NCBI GenBank assembly: GCA_047150005.1
Contig: AP038806.1
Span: 704,001 to 768,000 of the forward strand
Length of the DNA: 64,000 nucleotides
DNA from: Nitrospira sp.
Lineage (GTDB): Bacteria; Nitrospirota; Nitrospiria; Nitrospirales; Nitrospiraceae
Direction: 5' to 3'
A program made the translations under genes and the position numbers. The notes beneath the pieces were generated by a model. The model did not search any database. It worked only from the letters and a program-made list of their open reading frames with translations, and was not told where the DNA came from. Of the stretch, positions 1 through 9,561 are shown piece by piece; positions within the stretch are counted from its first letter, which is position 1, and each line of letters opens with the position of its first letter.

Positions 1-229
1 GTCTGACCAAATCGATCAAGCGATGGGGGATTCCCTGCCGCTCGGAAAGAGTCGGCTTATCGGTGCCCAGATCCATTCCGCAATACACCTGGCGTGAATC
101 CGCGGTCAGCACATCCGTGTTGAAATGCTTGGCCACTTCCACGGCGACGCGGCTCTTTCCCACCGCCGTCGGGCCGATGATCACGACCAGCGGCTTCAGT
201 CGGACCTGCGCTTCAGTCAGAAAAGGCAT
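1..229 (-). CDS. miaA: tRNA dimethylallyltransferase, N-terminal part (runs off the window)
   Basis: Hand translation from ATG at 229: MPFLTEAQVRLKPLVVIIGPTAVGKS...TADSRQVYCGMDLGTDKP...IPHRLIDLV, with the MiaA P-loop and DSxQVY motifs; directly downstream of mutL. Confidence 0.93.
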   Translation of the reverse strand, partial: MPFLTEAQVRLKPLVVIIGPTAVGKSRVAVEVAKHFNTDVLTADSRQVYCGMDLGTDKPTLSERQGIPHRLIDLVR

Positions 230-249
230 TGGAAGGAGTGCGGCCGGCG

Positions 250-2043
250 TCACGACCACCCAACCCGCCCGAAGAGCTTGTCGAGCTCATCCGTCGACAT
301 CCTGTACGCCGTGCGGCGGCCGTGAGGGCAGGTCATGACGAGCCCCTCCTCGACCCAATCCCGCACCAATTGCCGAATCTCCGGCAGCGTCATGTGCCGT
401 CCGGCTCGAACCGCGCTGTGGCAGGCCAGGGAGGCCAGCACGGGTGCAACTCGATCGTCGAGCGAAGAGACACGGTCCCATTGCGCAAGATCATCCAGCA
501 GATCTCGCAGGAGCGAGGCGATGTCCATAACGCCGGTTCCGACCGGAACGGATCGTACGGCCACGGCCGTCCCCCCGAACGGTTCGATGGCCAGCCCCAG
601 CGTTTCCAATTCCTCGAGATGCTTCGTCAAGAGAGCAAATTGCGCCGCCGGCAACTCGACTGTTTCCGGAATCAACAGCGGCTGTGATGCCAGTTCCCGC
701 CGCTGCCATGTTCGATGGATTCGTTGGAACAGCACGCGCTCATGGGCGGTATGTTGATCGATGACATGCAGTTCCTGCCCTACCTGTGCGATGACATAGC
801 GGCGGAGCATTTGACCGAACGGCATGATGTCAGGCAACGAGTCATTCCCGTACGATGTCTCGAACTCCCGAACCCAGGTCAGTTGATGGTCGGAAACCGG
901 TTCGGATACCGGCCCTTCCTGCCGATGTGCGCGTGATTCGTGCCCGGTCTCTTCCACCGATATGCCGGCCGGCGACGCGTCATAAAGCCGGACCCGTAGA
1001 CGATCGTTCGCAATGGCCGGCGCCACCGTCCGCTCCGAACCGCTGAAGACGCGCCGCAGGGTCTGAGCGACCAACTGATGAATCCGGTCGGTCTCGGCAA
1101 AGCGAATTTCCCGCTTCGCGGGGTGCACATTCACATCGAGCTTGTCAGGATCCGCTTCGAGATACAGGACGAACGTCGGATGACAGCCTTTGGCGAGCAG
1201 CGAGGCATATCCCCCCGTGACGGCATGAAACACGGCTGAACTGCGCACCGGTCGCCGGTTCACTAGAAGATCCTGCGGAGTCTTCGCCGTCCGCGCCTGG
1301 ACCGGATCGACCACCACGCCTCGGATCACATAGCCGGTAATACGGCCCAGGACCTCGACGGTGGAGGTCAGGAATGTCCGGCCATAGACCTGCAGGATGC
1401 GGTCTCGCTCCTCGGTGACGGCGGGATAATTCAGGATTTCCTGGCCGTTGTGGGTCAATCGAAAGTGCACCGAGGGCCAGGCCAACGCAGCCTGCTGCAC
1501 GGCGTGACTGATATGGGAAAATTCCGTGCTTCTCGCTCTGAGAAATTTCTTCCGGGCCGGCTGATTATAAAACAGATCGGAAACGTCGAGCCTCGTCCCC
1601 GGAACGGGCGGTGCATCGGTCACCGCGCCGGCCACACCTCCGACCAACGTCAGCTGCGTGCCGACCGCCTCGCGGCCGGTGAACGTCGTGACGGCCACCT
1701 TGGACACCGAAGCGATGCTCGGCAAGGCTTCGCCGCGAAACCCCATCGTCGTGACGGAAGTCAAATCTTGGTCGGATGTGAGCTTGCTGGTCGCATGACG
1801 CTGGAAGGCGAGAGGTAGATCGATCCGACCAATCCCGGCCCCGTCGTCCGTCACGCGGATGAGGGACAGGCCGCCATCTTTGACCTCGATCGAGATCCGG
1901 TGGCTCCCCGCGTCAAGGCTGTTCTCCACCAATTCCTTGACGACGGCCGCCGGGCGCTCGATGACTTCTCCGGCCGCGATCCGGCTGACCACGTCGCCCG
2001 GCAGAATGTGGATGGTGGGAGCGCAGCCGGCAACGGCCATCAA
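250..2043 (-). CDS. mutL: DNA mismatch repair endonuclease MutL
   Basis: IAAGEVIERPAAVVKELVENSLDAG, GFRGEAL, DVNVHPAKRE, endonuclease motif DQHTAHERVLF, ACH and CPHGR. Confidence 0.97.
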   Translation of the reverse strand: MMAVAGCAPTIHILPGDVVSRIAAGEVIERPAAVVKELVENSLDAGSHRISIEVKDGGLSLIRVTDDGAGIGRIDLPLAFQRHATSKLTSDQDLTSVTTMGFRGEALPSIASVSKVAVTTFTGREAVGTQLTLVGGVAGAVTDAPPVPGTRLDVSDLFYNQPARKKFLRARSTEFSHISHAVQQAALAWPSVHFRLTHNGQEILNYPAVTEERDRILQVYGRTFLTSTVEVLGRITGYVIRGVVVDPVQARTAKTPQDLLVNRRPVRSSAVFHAVTGGYASLLAKGCHPTFVLYLEADPDKLDVNVHPAKREIRFAETDRIHQLVAQTLRRVFSGSERTVAPAIANDRLRVRLYDASPAGISVEETGHESRAHRQEGPVSEPVSDHQLTWVREFETSYGNDSLPDIMPFGQMLRRYVIAQVGQELHVIDQHTAHERVLFQRIHRTWQRRELASQPLLIPETVELPAAQFALLTKHLEELETLGLAIEPFGGTAVAVRSVPVGTGVMDIASLLRDLLDDLAQWDRVSSLDDRVAPVLASLACHSAVRAGRHMTLPEIRQLVRDWVEEGLVMTCPHGRRTAYRMSTDELDKLFGRVGWS

Positions 2044-2103
2044 ATCAGACTCCGGAGGAGCGGAGGAGGAGCGTCGCAGTATGGGAACCGGATGCGAACG
2101 GGA

Positions 2104-2871
2104 TCATCGGATTTCTGCCAGCTTGTTCTTGGCCAGTTTCGCCTCATCGGACGTTGGGAACTCTTCGATCACCCGCTTGAGATTTTTCTTCGACTTGGCC
2201 AGGTCGCCGGTTTCCCCCGCAGCCAACCCGAGCTTGAAGAGAGAGGCGGGCACCTTCTCATTGCCGGGGTATTCGGTGGACACATACTCAAACGATTGCA
2301 TCGCCCGGACATAGTCCTTTTGCTGATAGTAGGATTCACCGAGCCAGTAGTAAGCGTTCGGCGTCAGCGACGTGCCGGGAAAATCCTTCACAAACCGTTG
2401 AAACCCTGAGACCGCCAGATCGTACTTGCCGTTGAGATAATCGTTGTACGCCAAGTTGAATGCCGAGGTCGGGGTGATGGCCGGCACTCCCGGGATCGCC
2501 GGTGGTTCCATCGAGCCGCCGGGCTTCTGGGACTTGGATCGGGCAGGCTCGCTCGGCCCCGGCTCGATCCTGGCGAACGACGAGCCTGCGGCGTTCTCTT
2601 CGACTTTGGCGAGCCGGCTCTCAAGCTTCTGAATCCGAGCGGACACTTCGTCGAACTTTGGCCTGGCGCCGTCGCCGTCCTTGATTCGTTCCATCGTCTC
2701 CATCCGGCGCTGCAGGGCATCCAGTCGCTTCTGATCCTGCTCTTGAGATTTGGCCATCGTCGCCAAATGCTCACGCAACTCGATAAAATCAGCATGTTTT
2801 GCGCATCCGGACAGGAAGAGAAGCCCGGCTGCTGTCATGGCCGCTCCGCAAACCGATGTGAGTGTCCCCAT
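2104..2871 (-). CDS. cpoB: Tol-Pal system TPR protein CpoB/YbgF, lipoprotein-type
   Basis: Lipobox-like LSGC, short coiled coil, C-terminal TPR with PNAYYWLGESYY and KVPASLFKLG; last gene of the tol-pal run. Confidence 0.85.
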   Translation of the reverse strand: MGTLTSVCGAAMTAAGLLFLSGCAKHADFIELREHLATMAKSQEQDQKRLDALQRRMETMERIKDGDGARPKFDEVSARIQKLESRLAKVEENAAGSSFARIEPGPSEPARSKSQKPGGSMEPPAIPGVPAITPTSAFNLAYNDYLNGKYDLAVSGFQRFVKDFPGTSLTPNAYYWLGESYYQQKDYVRAMQSFEYVSTEYPGNEKVPASLFKLGLAAGETGDLAKSKKNLKRVIEEFPTSDEAKLAKNKLAEIR

Positions 2872-2876
2872 CGCCG

Positions 2877-4448
2877 TTATCGGGTCTCCTTCAACTGAGC
2901 CAGCTTGTCGTACGCCTTGCCGGCCTCCAAACTTTTCGGATACAAGGTCACCACTTGCTTGAACGCGGAGGATGCGCGTTTCTTGTCTTTCAATGCCAAG
3001 TAGGCGTAGCCCTTCTTGAGAATCGCCGCGGGAACTTTTTCGCTCTGCGGGTAATCCATCTCGACACGATCATACGCGTCGATCGCCTGCTTGTAATCCT
3101 TCTTGCCGTAGTGGGATTCCCCGAGCCAATACCGGGCGTTGGGCGCGAGATCGGAGTTAGGATATTGGCTCAGGAAGGCGGTGAAGCCCCGTCGCGCTCC
3201 CTCCAGGTCGCCGTCCCGGAACAACCCGAGAAGATGCTCATACTCCGCCTTGTCCGGTCGGTCGGAAGTCCGTCCTTGGACGGGTTTCGCGGCCTCATCC
3301 GAATCCTCGGAAGCAGCCGGCCGATCGACGGCCATTGGGGTATGCTCCGGCACTTGCGTCGAGACGGATGCCACGGCGGTTTCCTTCTCCTGCTGTGCAG
3401 GGCTCTCCTGAAGTGGCACGGGAGGGATGGGAACCGGGGCTACTGCAGGTTGTTGGGTCGACTTGGTGGCCTGCAGGTGTTGCCCGTTCTTCACGGCACC
3501 CTGAGCTTGGACCTCCCGCGACATCTGATCCAGCATCCTCGTCAGCGTATCGAGCCGCTGATCCTGTTCATCCAGGCGGGTCGCGAGCTTTTGAGCGACG
3601 GAGGCGACGCTCTTGTTCACTTCATTCAAATGACCGGTCACTGCCTTGGTCGTTTCGTTGATATGGGTCGTGGAGGCCTTGGCATCGGCTTCTACCTTCG
3701 AAGTCATGGCGCGATTGGCCTGCTCCTCTTGTCCCATCCGCTCGTTCAACTGGCCCACTCGCTCATTCAAGCCCGTCAGCGATTCTCGAAATCCGGTCAG
3801 GGCCTGACTGAACTGAGTGAATTTGTTCGCCAGCTGCTCCGTACGGGCCTGATTCTCCGTCAAGGTCTTACGCTGCTCGTCCAGTTTGACATCCACATTT
3901 TTCACGAACGCGGCGTTGGATTTCTGCACCACTTCGATGATGTCTTTCCGCAACGACTCCACCTGCCGGTTGATTTCATCGAGTCGATTGTTGACCTCGC
4001 CGCGCAACTGGTCCCGATCGGCCTTGCTCTTCGTATCCTGGGCATTGAGACTTTCGCGAAGCTGCGAGTACCGCGCGGTATTCTCCGTCTCAAGATTCTT
4101 GGCCCAATGGTCCAGCTTCTGGTCCAGTTTCTTGGTCTGCTGTTCCAGCCCGGCCGAACGCTGCTTCAGGTCTTCCTGCTTGCCTTGGAGATCCTGGGTC
4201 AGATGCTGCACACGATCCAGGTCGCCCCGCAACCGCGGAATCTCCTGTCCCTTGATTTCCTCCAACTCCTGCCGTTGTTGGGCGCCGCGCTGCGCCAGTT
4301 CTTCGTTCGACTGCTTGATGCTCTTCTGCAGCTGGCGCTCCGTGGTCTTCAGATCCGCCTGCTGTGCAACGCAGCCGCCCATGCCCAATGCCCACACCAC
4401 GCCGCCCGCTGCCGTCCACAACCGCATGACGTTCGCTTCATGCTTCAT
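2877..4448 (-). CDS. Second CpoB/YbgF-like TPR lipoprotein with a very long coiled coil
   Basis: Probable start MKHEAN at 4448 (ORF track start 4637 overlaps pal); MGGC lipobox, long Q/E/K/L-rich helical region, Pro-rich linker, C-terminal APNARYWLGESHY...KVPAAILKKG. Confidence 0.8.
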   Translation of the reverse strand: MKHEANVMRLWTAAGGVVWALGMGGCVAQQADLKTTERQLQKSIKQSNEELAQRGAQQRQELEEIKGQEIPRLRGDLDRVQHLTQDLQGKQEDLKQRSAGLEQQTKKLDQKLDHWAKNLETENTARYSQLRESLNAQDTKSKADRDQLRGEVNNRLDEINRQVESLRKDIIEVVQKSNAAFVKNVDVKLDEQRKTLTENQARTEQLANKFTQFSQALTGFRESLTGLNERVGQLNERMGQEEQANRAMTSKVEADAKASTTHINETTKAVTGHLNEVNKSVASVAQKLATRLDEQDQRLDTLTRMLDQMSREVQAQGAVKNGQHLQATKSTQQPAVAPVPIPPVPLQESPAQQEKETAVASVSTQVPEHTPMAVDRPAASEDSDEAAKPVQGRTSDRPDKAEYEHLLGLFRDGDLEGARRGFTAFLSQYPNSDLAPNARYWLGESHYGKKDYKQAIDAYDRVEMDYPQSEKVPAAILKKGYAYLALKDKKRASSAFKQVVTLYPKSLEAGKAYDKLAQLKETR

Positions 4449-4518
4449 CGCTGCGATTCCCTCTTCGATTCGTCCATTTCCGGTCGGCTCGGAGATCCGC
4501 CTTGGTGTGGGCACCGGG

Positions 4519-5286
4519 TTATTTGCCTGTTCGGACCACCAAGTGACCGCGCCGGTTCTGCTGGTAGCACGCCTCCGCATGGTCGTTGCAGAACGGGCGC
4601 TCCTTGCCGTAGGAAACGACCGACAGTCGATTGGCACCGATGCCCAGTTCGACCAGGTAGTTCCTCACCGCTTTGGCACGCTTCTCTCCCAGCACCAGAT
4701 TGTACGCGGCAGTGCCCCGCTCATCGCAATGGCCTTCCACCTTGATCATCGCGCTCGGATTGGATTTCATCCAGTCGGCATCGCGGCCGAGCGATTGCCG
4801 GCCCTCCTCTGAAATTGTCCAACTATCATAGCCGAAAAAGACATCCCGCAACCCGGCTGCCGCAGAAGCGGCCTGCTCCGCCCTGATCTCGTCGAGCTGG
4901 CGCCCGGCGCTTTCCGACGGATCCGCCTTGGCGAGCAGCGTACCGTTGCCGGCGGTGCCGCCTGGGCCGCTGCCGGAACCACCGCCGAGACTACTGCTGG
5001 GGCCGCCGCCTGGACCACCGCCGAGGCGTTCTTCAGAAGGATTCTTATCGAGGCCCTTCAGACCGCCGCTCCCGGATTGCATGCTCGTATCGGGAAAACT
5101 TCCCACTCCCGGTTTCATGCTGCTCGAGGAACCCGAACCGGATCCGGCAGCCCCGGCCTTTGCCGCAGCCTGCTGTGCGGTTTGGTCTCCCGCGGACTGA
5201 ACGCCCTTCTTCGCGCAACCGGCCGGGCCGATCAGCAGAGCGGTCGCGATCAAGGCGATGGGAAATATCTTAGGCATCGTACGCAT
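4519..5286 (-). CDS. pal: Peptidoglycan-associated lipoprotein Pal with a Gly/Ser-rich linker
   Basis: PAGC lipobox; OmpA-like domain VFFGYD...VEGHCDERGTAAYNLVLGEKRA...SYGKERP...NRRG; start MRTMPK after GGAG. Confidence 0.93.
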   Translation of the reverse strand: MRTMPKIFPIALIATALLIGPAGCAKKGVQSAGDQTAQQAAAKAGAAGSGSGSSSSMKPGVGSFPDTSMQSGSGGLKGLDKNPSEERLGGGPGGGPSSSLGGGSGSGPGGTAGNGTLLAKADPSESAGRQLDEIRAEQAASAAAGLRDVFFGYDSWTISEEGRQSLGRDADWMKSNPSAMIKVEGHCDERGTAAYNLVLGEKRAKAVRNYLVELGIGANRLSVVSYGKERPFCNDHAEACYQQNRRGHLVVRTGK

Positions 5287-5350
5287 GGGGCAGTCTCCTC
5301 TTTGAAAGTTGGTGTTCATTATAAACAAGCAGTCGAAGTTCCGGACGACC

Positions 5351-6694
5351 TCAGGACGCAGGCGACCAAGACGGTGCGCTGTTATGCGTCCCTTCAAACG
5401 TCAGGCGCTCCATATTCTTGCCGTCCGAATCGATCATATAGATATGGCTCTTCCCGTCCGCCGAAGAACTGTAGACCAAATGTCGGCCGTCTGGGGACCA
5501 AGAAGGGGAATCGTCCACCCCGGGGCCTGCAGTCAATTGCATACGCTTCTGCCCGTCAGGGGTAATGACGCACAGCTTATATTCCTTTCGGGGCGTTCGG
5601 CAAACATAGGCGATCCAGTTTCCGCGCGGCGACCAGGCTGGAGCGGCATTGTAATCCCCTTCGAACGTCAATCGCCGCACATTCGATCCGTCGGCACTCA
5701 TTAAGAAGACTTGCGGTCCGCCCCCTCTATCGGACACAAAAGCAAGTTCCCTACCAGTGGGAGACCACGACGGAGACAGATCGCCCGACGGATTCACCGT
5801 CAGACGCTGGTTGGCTTTGGTCCTGGTATCCAGACGATAAATTTCTGAATTGCCTTCATAACTGGAGGCGAACGCCAGAAAATTCCCGTCCGGGGACAGA
5901 GCCGGGGTGATATTCAATCCTCCCTGCGAGAAGATCGTCCATCGCTTGCCGGTCGCCAGCTCGATCATATCAATGTCCTGGGTGTTGCGGTCCCGATAGG
6001 CCGTGAAGACGAGGAACCGGCGATCAGGCGACCATCGTGGCATGAGGTTGAGAAACCCGTCCGCCGTCAATTGGCGCGCATCGTAGCCGTCATAGTCCAT
6101 CACATAGAGTTCGCGCGCGGCGCCCTGCGCCGCCACATAGGCGATCTTCGTCCTGGCGATTCCCGGCTCACCGGTGTAGCGGAACACAAGCTCGTCCGCA
6201 AATCGATGGGCCATCAATCGAACCACGGAGGGGGAACCGGCATAGCGCTTTCCGCCCACGACCTCGTCGCTGCCGCTGTCGTAAACGAACCCCTCCATGT
6301 TGACGTCCGCATCCTTCTCTCCTTCTTTCAGGCCCGCTTTGCCCCAGACAAGCACCGACACACCGTTCTCGGCCGCCTGCTTGAAGACGGACGTGGACCC
6401 GCTGCCCGTGCCGTTTCCGACGTCGCGAACCTTGATCCCCAGACTGGGGAGATCCACCAACTCGAAGATCAGCGAGCGCTTCACATCCTTTTTCAAGACC
6501 TCTTCCAGCCGGCCGCCGAGCCATTCGGGGCCGCCTCCGTTCTGGATGCCGAGCACGCCCAACGAAATTTTCTGAAAGTCCGGCCGTGTCGCTTCCAAGA
6601 AGACGTCAGCCGCTCCCGACTCCAGAATCCCCACGGCGCCGGCCGCAAGGAGCAGCACAACCAGCGCTGCACTGGCCAGTTTCATGACCATCAT
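5351..6694 (-). CDS. tolB: Tol-Pal beta-propeller protein TolB
   Basis: AHRFADE, TKIAYV and repeated PD40 motifs (PRWSPD, PALSPDG, PSWSP). Confidence 0.95.
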   Translation of the reverse strand: MMVMKLASAALVVLLLAAGAVGILESGAADVFLEATRPDFQKISLGVLGIQNGGGPEWLGGRLEEVLKKDVKRSLIFELVDLPSLGIKVRDVGNGTGSGSTSVFKQAAENGVSVLVWGKAGLKEGEKDADVNMEGFVYDSGSDEVVGGKRYAGSPSVVRLMAHRFADELVFRYTGEPGIARTKIAYVAAQGAARELYVMDYDGYDARQLTADGFLNLMPRWSPDRRFLVFTAYRDRNTQDIDMIELATGKRWTIFSQGGLNITPALSPDGNFLAFASSYEGNSEIYRLDTRTKANQRLTVNPSGDLSPSWSPTGRELAFVSDRGGGPQVFLMSADGSNVRRLTFEGDYNAAPAWSPRGNWIAYVCRTPRKEYKLCVITPDGQKRMQLTAGPGVDDSPSWSPDGRHLVYSSSADGKSHIYMIDSDGKNMERLTFEGTHNSAPSWSPAS

Positions 6695-7806
6695 CCCAAC
6701 ACCTCTCCTACGCGAAAGACCATCTCGACATCCTGATAGGCCTCGGTCATCTCCGACGGGAACGGAGGAAAGGCGCGGGGTTTTTGCACGGCCCGCTGGC
6801 CCGCCATATCAAAATAGTCGTTCCCCGACGAGTGTTCGATACCGATATTCTTAACCGTACCGTTGCGGTAGAAACGAAACTTCACCACGACACTGTAGGC
6901 GCTGCCGCTGGCGTCAATGGGAGGCGGCTCCCAGTGACTCTTGATGATGGCCTCGACCCTCGCCCAAAACGGATTCGTGCCGGAGGCCCCGGAGGCTTTC
7001 AACATCGTCTGCGGTGCAACCTTCGTCACGGGCATGGAGGCTTCCTGTTGCGGAGGCGCCGTCTTGACCGGAACTTCCTTGGGCATCTCCAACTTGGCGG
7101 CCGGCTGGAAGTGCTTAACCTTCTTCAATTCCTCTTCCAATTCTCGGTTCTGGTCCTCGCTCAGCGACGTCTGCGGTGTCTGTTGGTGAGCCTTCACGGC
7201 CCGGTCTGGCATGGTGTCGGGTATGCGGGGCAAATCCGGAAGCTTCACTCTGGGGGCCGGAGCCTGAGGCTGCGGCTGCGCAACCGTCTTGGCCGGAGTC
7301 AACTCACCGAGTGTCGGGGCATCCGGCGGCAGTTGAAGATCACGCAGAATGTCTTTGGCGATGCTTTGCCGAACCGGGGGTGCGACCGGAACGGGAGGAG
7401 CCGGTGTGGGGACCGGCGCAACCGGAACAGCGGGAGCGACCGGGACGGGAGCCGGCGCCACCTGCTTGGCCGGCGGACTCGGCGGGGCCTGCTTGGCCGG
7501 CGGACTCGGCGCGGCCTGTTTGACCGGCTGAGGCGGAACGCGGCGCGGGTCGGGTGGTTTGGGCTGTTCGACGGCCTTTTGGGCTTCCACACGCTGAACC
7601 GGATTCGGCATACCGACCAGCGACACTTCCACCGATGCCAGCGGGCGTTCGCCCCGTTGCGGAAGACGAAGCCCCGCCACCACGAGGAAGAGGACGATAT
7701 GCAGAAGGAACGAGACCGCCAGTGCTCGCTTCAGCTTCGAGAAAAACCTGCTCTGTTCTTCGACGTCGAACCACTGGAGCGGGTGGACGTGCGTTTGAGC
7801 CGACAT
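6691..7806 (-). CDS. tolA: TolA/TonB-family energy transducer
   Basis: N-terminal TM with SFLLH (SHLS-like), Pro-rich spacer, TonB_C-like domain (SSGNDYFD...PFP); lies between tolR and tolB. Confidence 0.85.
   Translation of the reverse strand: MSAQTHVHPLQWFDVEEQSRFFSKLKRALAVSFLLHIVLFLVVAGLRLPQRGERPLASVEVSLVGMPNPVQRVEAQKAVEQPKPPDPRRVPPQPVKQAAPSPPAKQAPPSPPAKQVAPAPVPVAPAVPVAPVPTPAPPVPVAPPVRQSIAKDILRDLQLPPDAPTLGELTPAKTVAQPQPQAPAPRVKLPDLPRIPDTMPDRAVKAHQQTPQTSLSEDQNRELEEELKKVKHFQPAAKLEMPKEVPVKTAPPQQEASMPVTKVAPQTMLKASGASGTNPFWARVEAIIKSHWEPPPIDASGSAYSVVVKFRFYRNGTVKNIGIEHSSGNDYFDMAGQRAVQKPRAFPPFPSEMTEAYQDVEMVFRVGEVLG
7461..7518. repeat. 27-bp tandem repeat in tolA (KQAxPSPPA)
   Basis: cctgcttggccggcggactcggcg(g/c)gg twice plus a partial third copy. 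Confidence 0.85.
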
Positions 7807-7826
7807 ACGACCCGGTGGACTCCTGG

Positions 7827-8279
7827 CTAATTCTTGCGAGGTGATGAACCCGACACCATGGGATCGGTCACGTGCTCGGGGCCCATGGGATCCGTGACCA
7901 TCCCGATCTTCTCAATCCCCGCCTTTTTCACACCGTCCATGACCAACACGACTACCCCGTACGGCACGTCACGGTCGGCCCGCAAATACAATGATACGTC
8001 GGGATGATCCTGTTTCAATAATTTCAGTTTTTGCTCCAACTGCGCTACTCCCACCGCGTCCTTGTCGAGATAGAGTCGCTGGTCCTTTTCGATGGTCAGA
8101 ACCTTCCGCATCTCGGGCTTGATGGTGTTCGTGGCGGAAGTCGGCAACTTGATATCCATGCCGCGATACAGCATCGGAGCGGTGACCATGAAGATCACGA
8201 GCAGGACCAACACGACGTCGACCAGCGGAATCACGTTGATCTCCGCCATGAAGCGCCGCTGTCGTGATTCAAACATCAT
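7827..8279 (-). CDS. tolR: TolR/ExbD
   Basis: AEINVIPLVDVVLVLLVIFMVTAP and LRADRDVPYG. Confidence 0.93.
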   Translation of the reverse strand: MMFESRQRRFMAEINVIPLVDVVLVLLVIFMVTAPMLYRGMDIKLPTSATNTIKPEMRKVLTIEKDQRLYLDKDAVGVAQLEQKLKLLKQDHPDVSLYLRADRDVPYGVVVLVMDGVKKAGIEKIGMVTDPMGPEHVTDPMVSGSSPRKN

Positions 8280-8974
8280 CGCTGAGCCCCCACAGGAACC
8301 GGCGCGGATTTCGGAGCGGGAGAAGGCACGGCACCCAACAACTCAATCGTCACGGTGTCGAGGCGAAAAGCCGTGCGCCTGATGCGCGTCAGGAAATAGT
8401 TGTAGGCGATGACCGCGGGGATCGCGGTGAACAGGCCGGCCGCCGTCGCGATGAGGGCTTCCGATACCCCGGGCGCCACCGCGGCAATACTGGCGGTTCC
8501 TTGCGATCCGATCTCACGAAATGCATCGATGATACCCATAACCGTTCCCAACAATCCCACGAACGGGGTGATGTTGCCCGTGGTCGCGAGAAACGGCAGT
8601 GCCGATTCGAGCTTGGAGAGTTGACTTTGAGACAGATGCGCCGCGCTGCGCTCGACCAGGTGCCGGTCGATGGGCGCGGACCCGTCTTGACCATCTGCGC
8701 GAGCACCGGCCAAGCGATCCATCACCCCTTCGAAAACGGCCGCCGAAGGGCTGCCCGGCAAATGGCGAACCTGGCGGTAGAGTTCGTTCAAGTCACGGGA
8801 CTTGGCCAGAAGATTCATGAAGTGTTTGTCCCCGCGGTCCGCCGAACGAAACGCGCGCCACTTCGCAAAGATGATGGCCCATGAGATGACGGAAAACACG
8901 AACAGCAGCAACAGGACGACTTTGGAGACCGTCCCGAGCGTGCCGACTAACCCTGTCAATCCCGCTTGAAACAT
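8276..8974 (-). CDS. tolQ: TolQ/ExbB proton channel
   Basis: PFVGLLGTVMGII and VAPGVSEALIATAAGLFTAIPAVIAYN. Confidence 0.93.
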   Translation of the reverse strand: MFQAGLTGLVGTLGTVSKVVLLLLFVFSVISWAIIFAKWRAFRSADRGDKHFMNLLAKSRDLNELYRQVRHLPGSPSAAVFEGVMDRLAGARADGQDGSAPIDRHLVERSAAHLSQSQLSKLESALPFLATTGNITPFVGLLGTVMGIIDAFREIGSQGTASIAAVAPGVSEALIATAAGLFTAIPAVIAYNYFLTRIRRTAFRLDTVTIELLGAVPSPAPKSAPVPVGAQR

Positions 8975-9138
8975 GTGCCTATACCTTTCCTGAACCGGGG
9001 TCTGTTCACCGACCCGCGTACGGATTGTCGCAGTTGCCGGGGATCGCTCGGAGGCCGGAGGGATTGCGCCGGATCGAACTCAACGAATAGCCTGTCCCAG
9101 GCGCACCCTCCTCAACACACACAGGCTGACTCAAAAAA

Positions 9139-9216
9139 TGGCGGGGCCGACGGGATTTGAACCCGCGACCTCCAGATTGACAATCTGGCGTCCTAACCAG
9201 GCTGAACGACGGCCCC
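9139..9216 (-). tRNA. tRNA-Asp(GTC)
   Basis: Reverse complement GGGGCCG...CCAGA-TTGTCAA-TCTGG...GGTTCAAATCC...CGGCCCCGCCA folds as a cloverleaf with encoded CCA. Confidence 0.97.
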
Positions 9217-9339
9217 ACGTGACTCTACTGATGGCGGAAGATCTGACTGACAAGACTATTTGTAGCGGTTGGTCCGATCAACAGTTTTTATTGTTACTGC
9301 ATTCTTCGTCTCGTGCCTCACCCGCAACCGCCCCAATAC

Positions 9340-9415
9340 TGGTAGGCGGAACAGGGATCGAACCTGTGGCCTCTGCCTTGTAAGGGCAGCGCTCTTCCAA
9401 CTGAGCTATCCGCCC
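9340..9415 (-). tRNA. tRNA-Val(TAC)
   Basis: Reverse complement GGGCGGATAGCTCAG...CTGCC-CTTACAA-GGCAG...GGTTCGATCC...CCGCCTACCA. Confidence 0.97.
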
Positions 9416-9437
9416 GATTTTTCTAGCAAGCTGGCGA

Positions 9438-9466
9438 ATGCTACCAAGTCCATTCACTCTTGTCAA
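9438..9466 (-). promoter_or_regulatory. sigma70-type promoter for the tRNA-Val/tRNA-Asp pair
   Basis: TTGACA-17 nt-TAGCAT on the minus strand, just upstream of tRNA-Val. Confidence 0.8.
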
Positions 9467-9561
9467 CCACATCGCGCACTCTTCTTGCAGTCTCCTGTTG
9501 CAGTCTCGAAACCGTCCAAATCACGCGTTCCGAGAAATCTCTAGAAGGTCATCCGGACTCC

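Noticed and set aside
2862..4745. 627-aa plus-strand ORF
   Set aside because: Antisense shadow of the coiled-coil CpoB-like gene, with no motifs; expected in GC-rich DNA.
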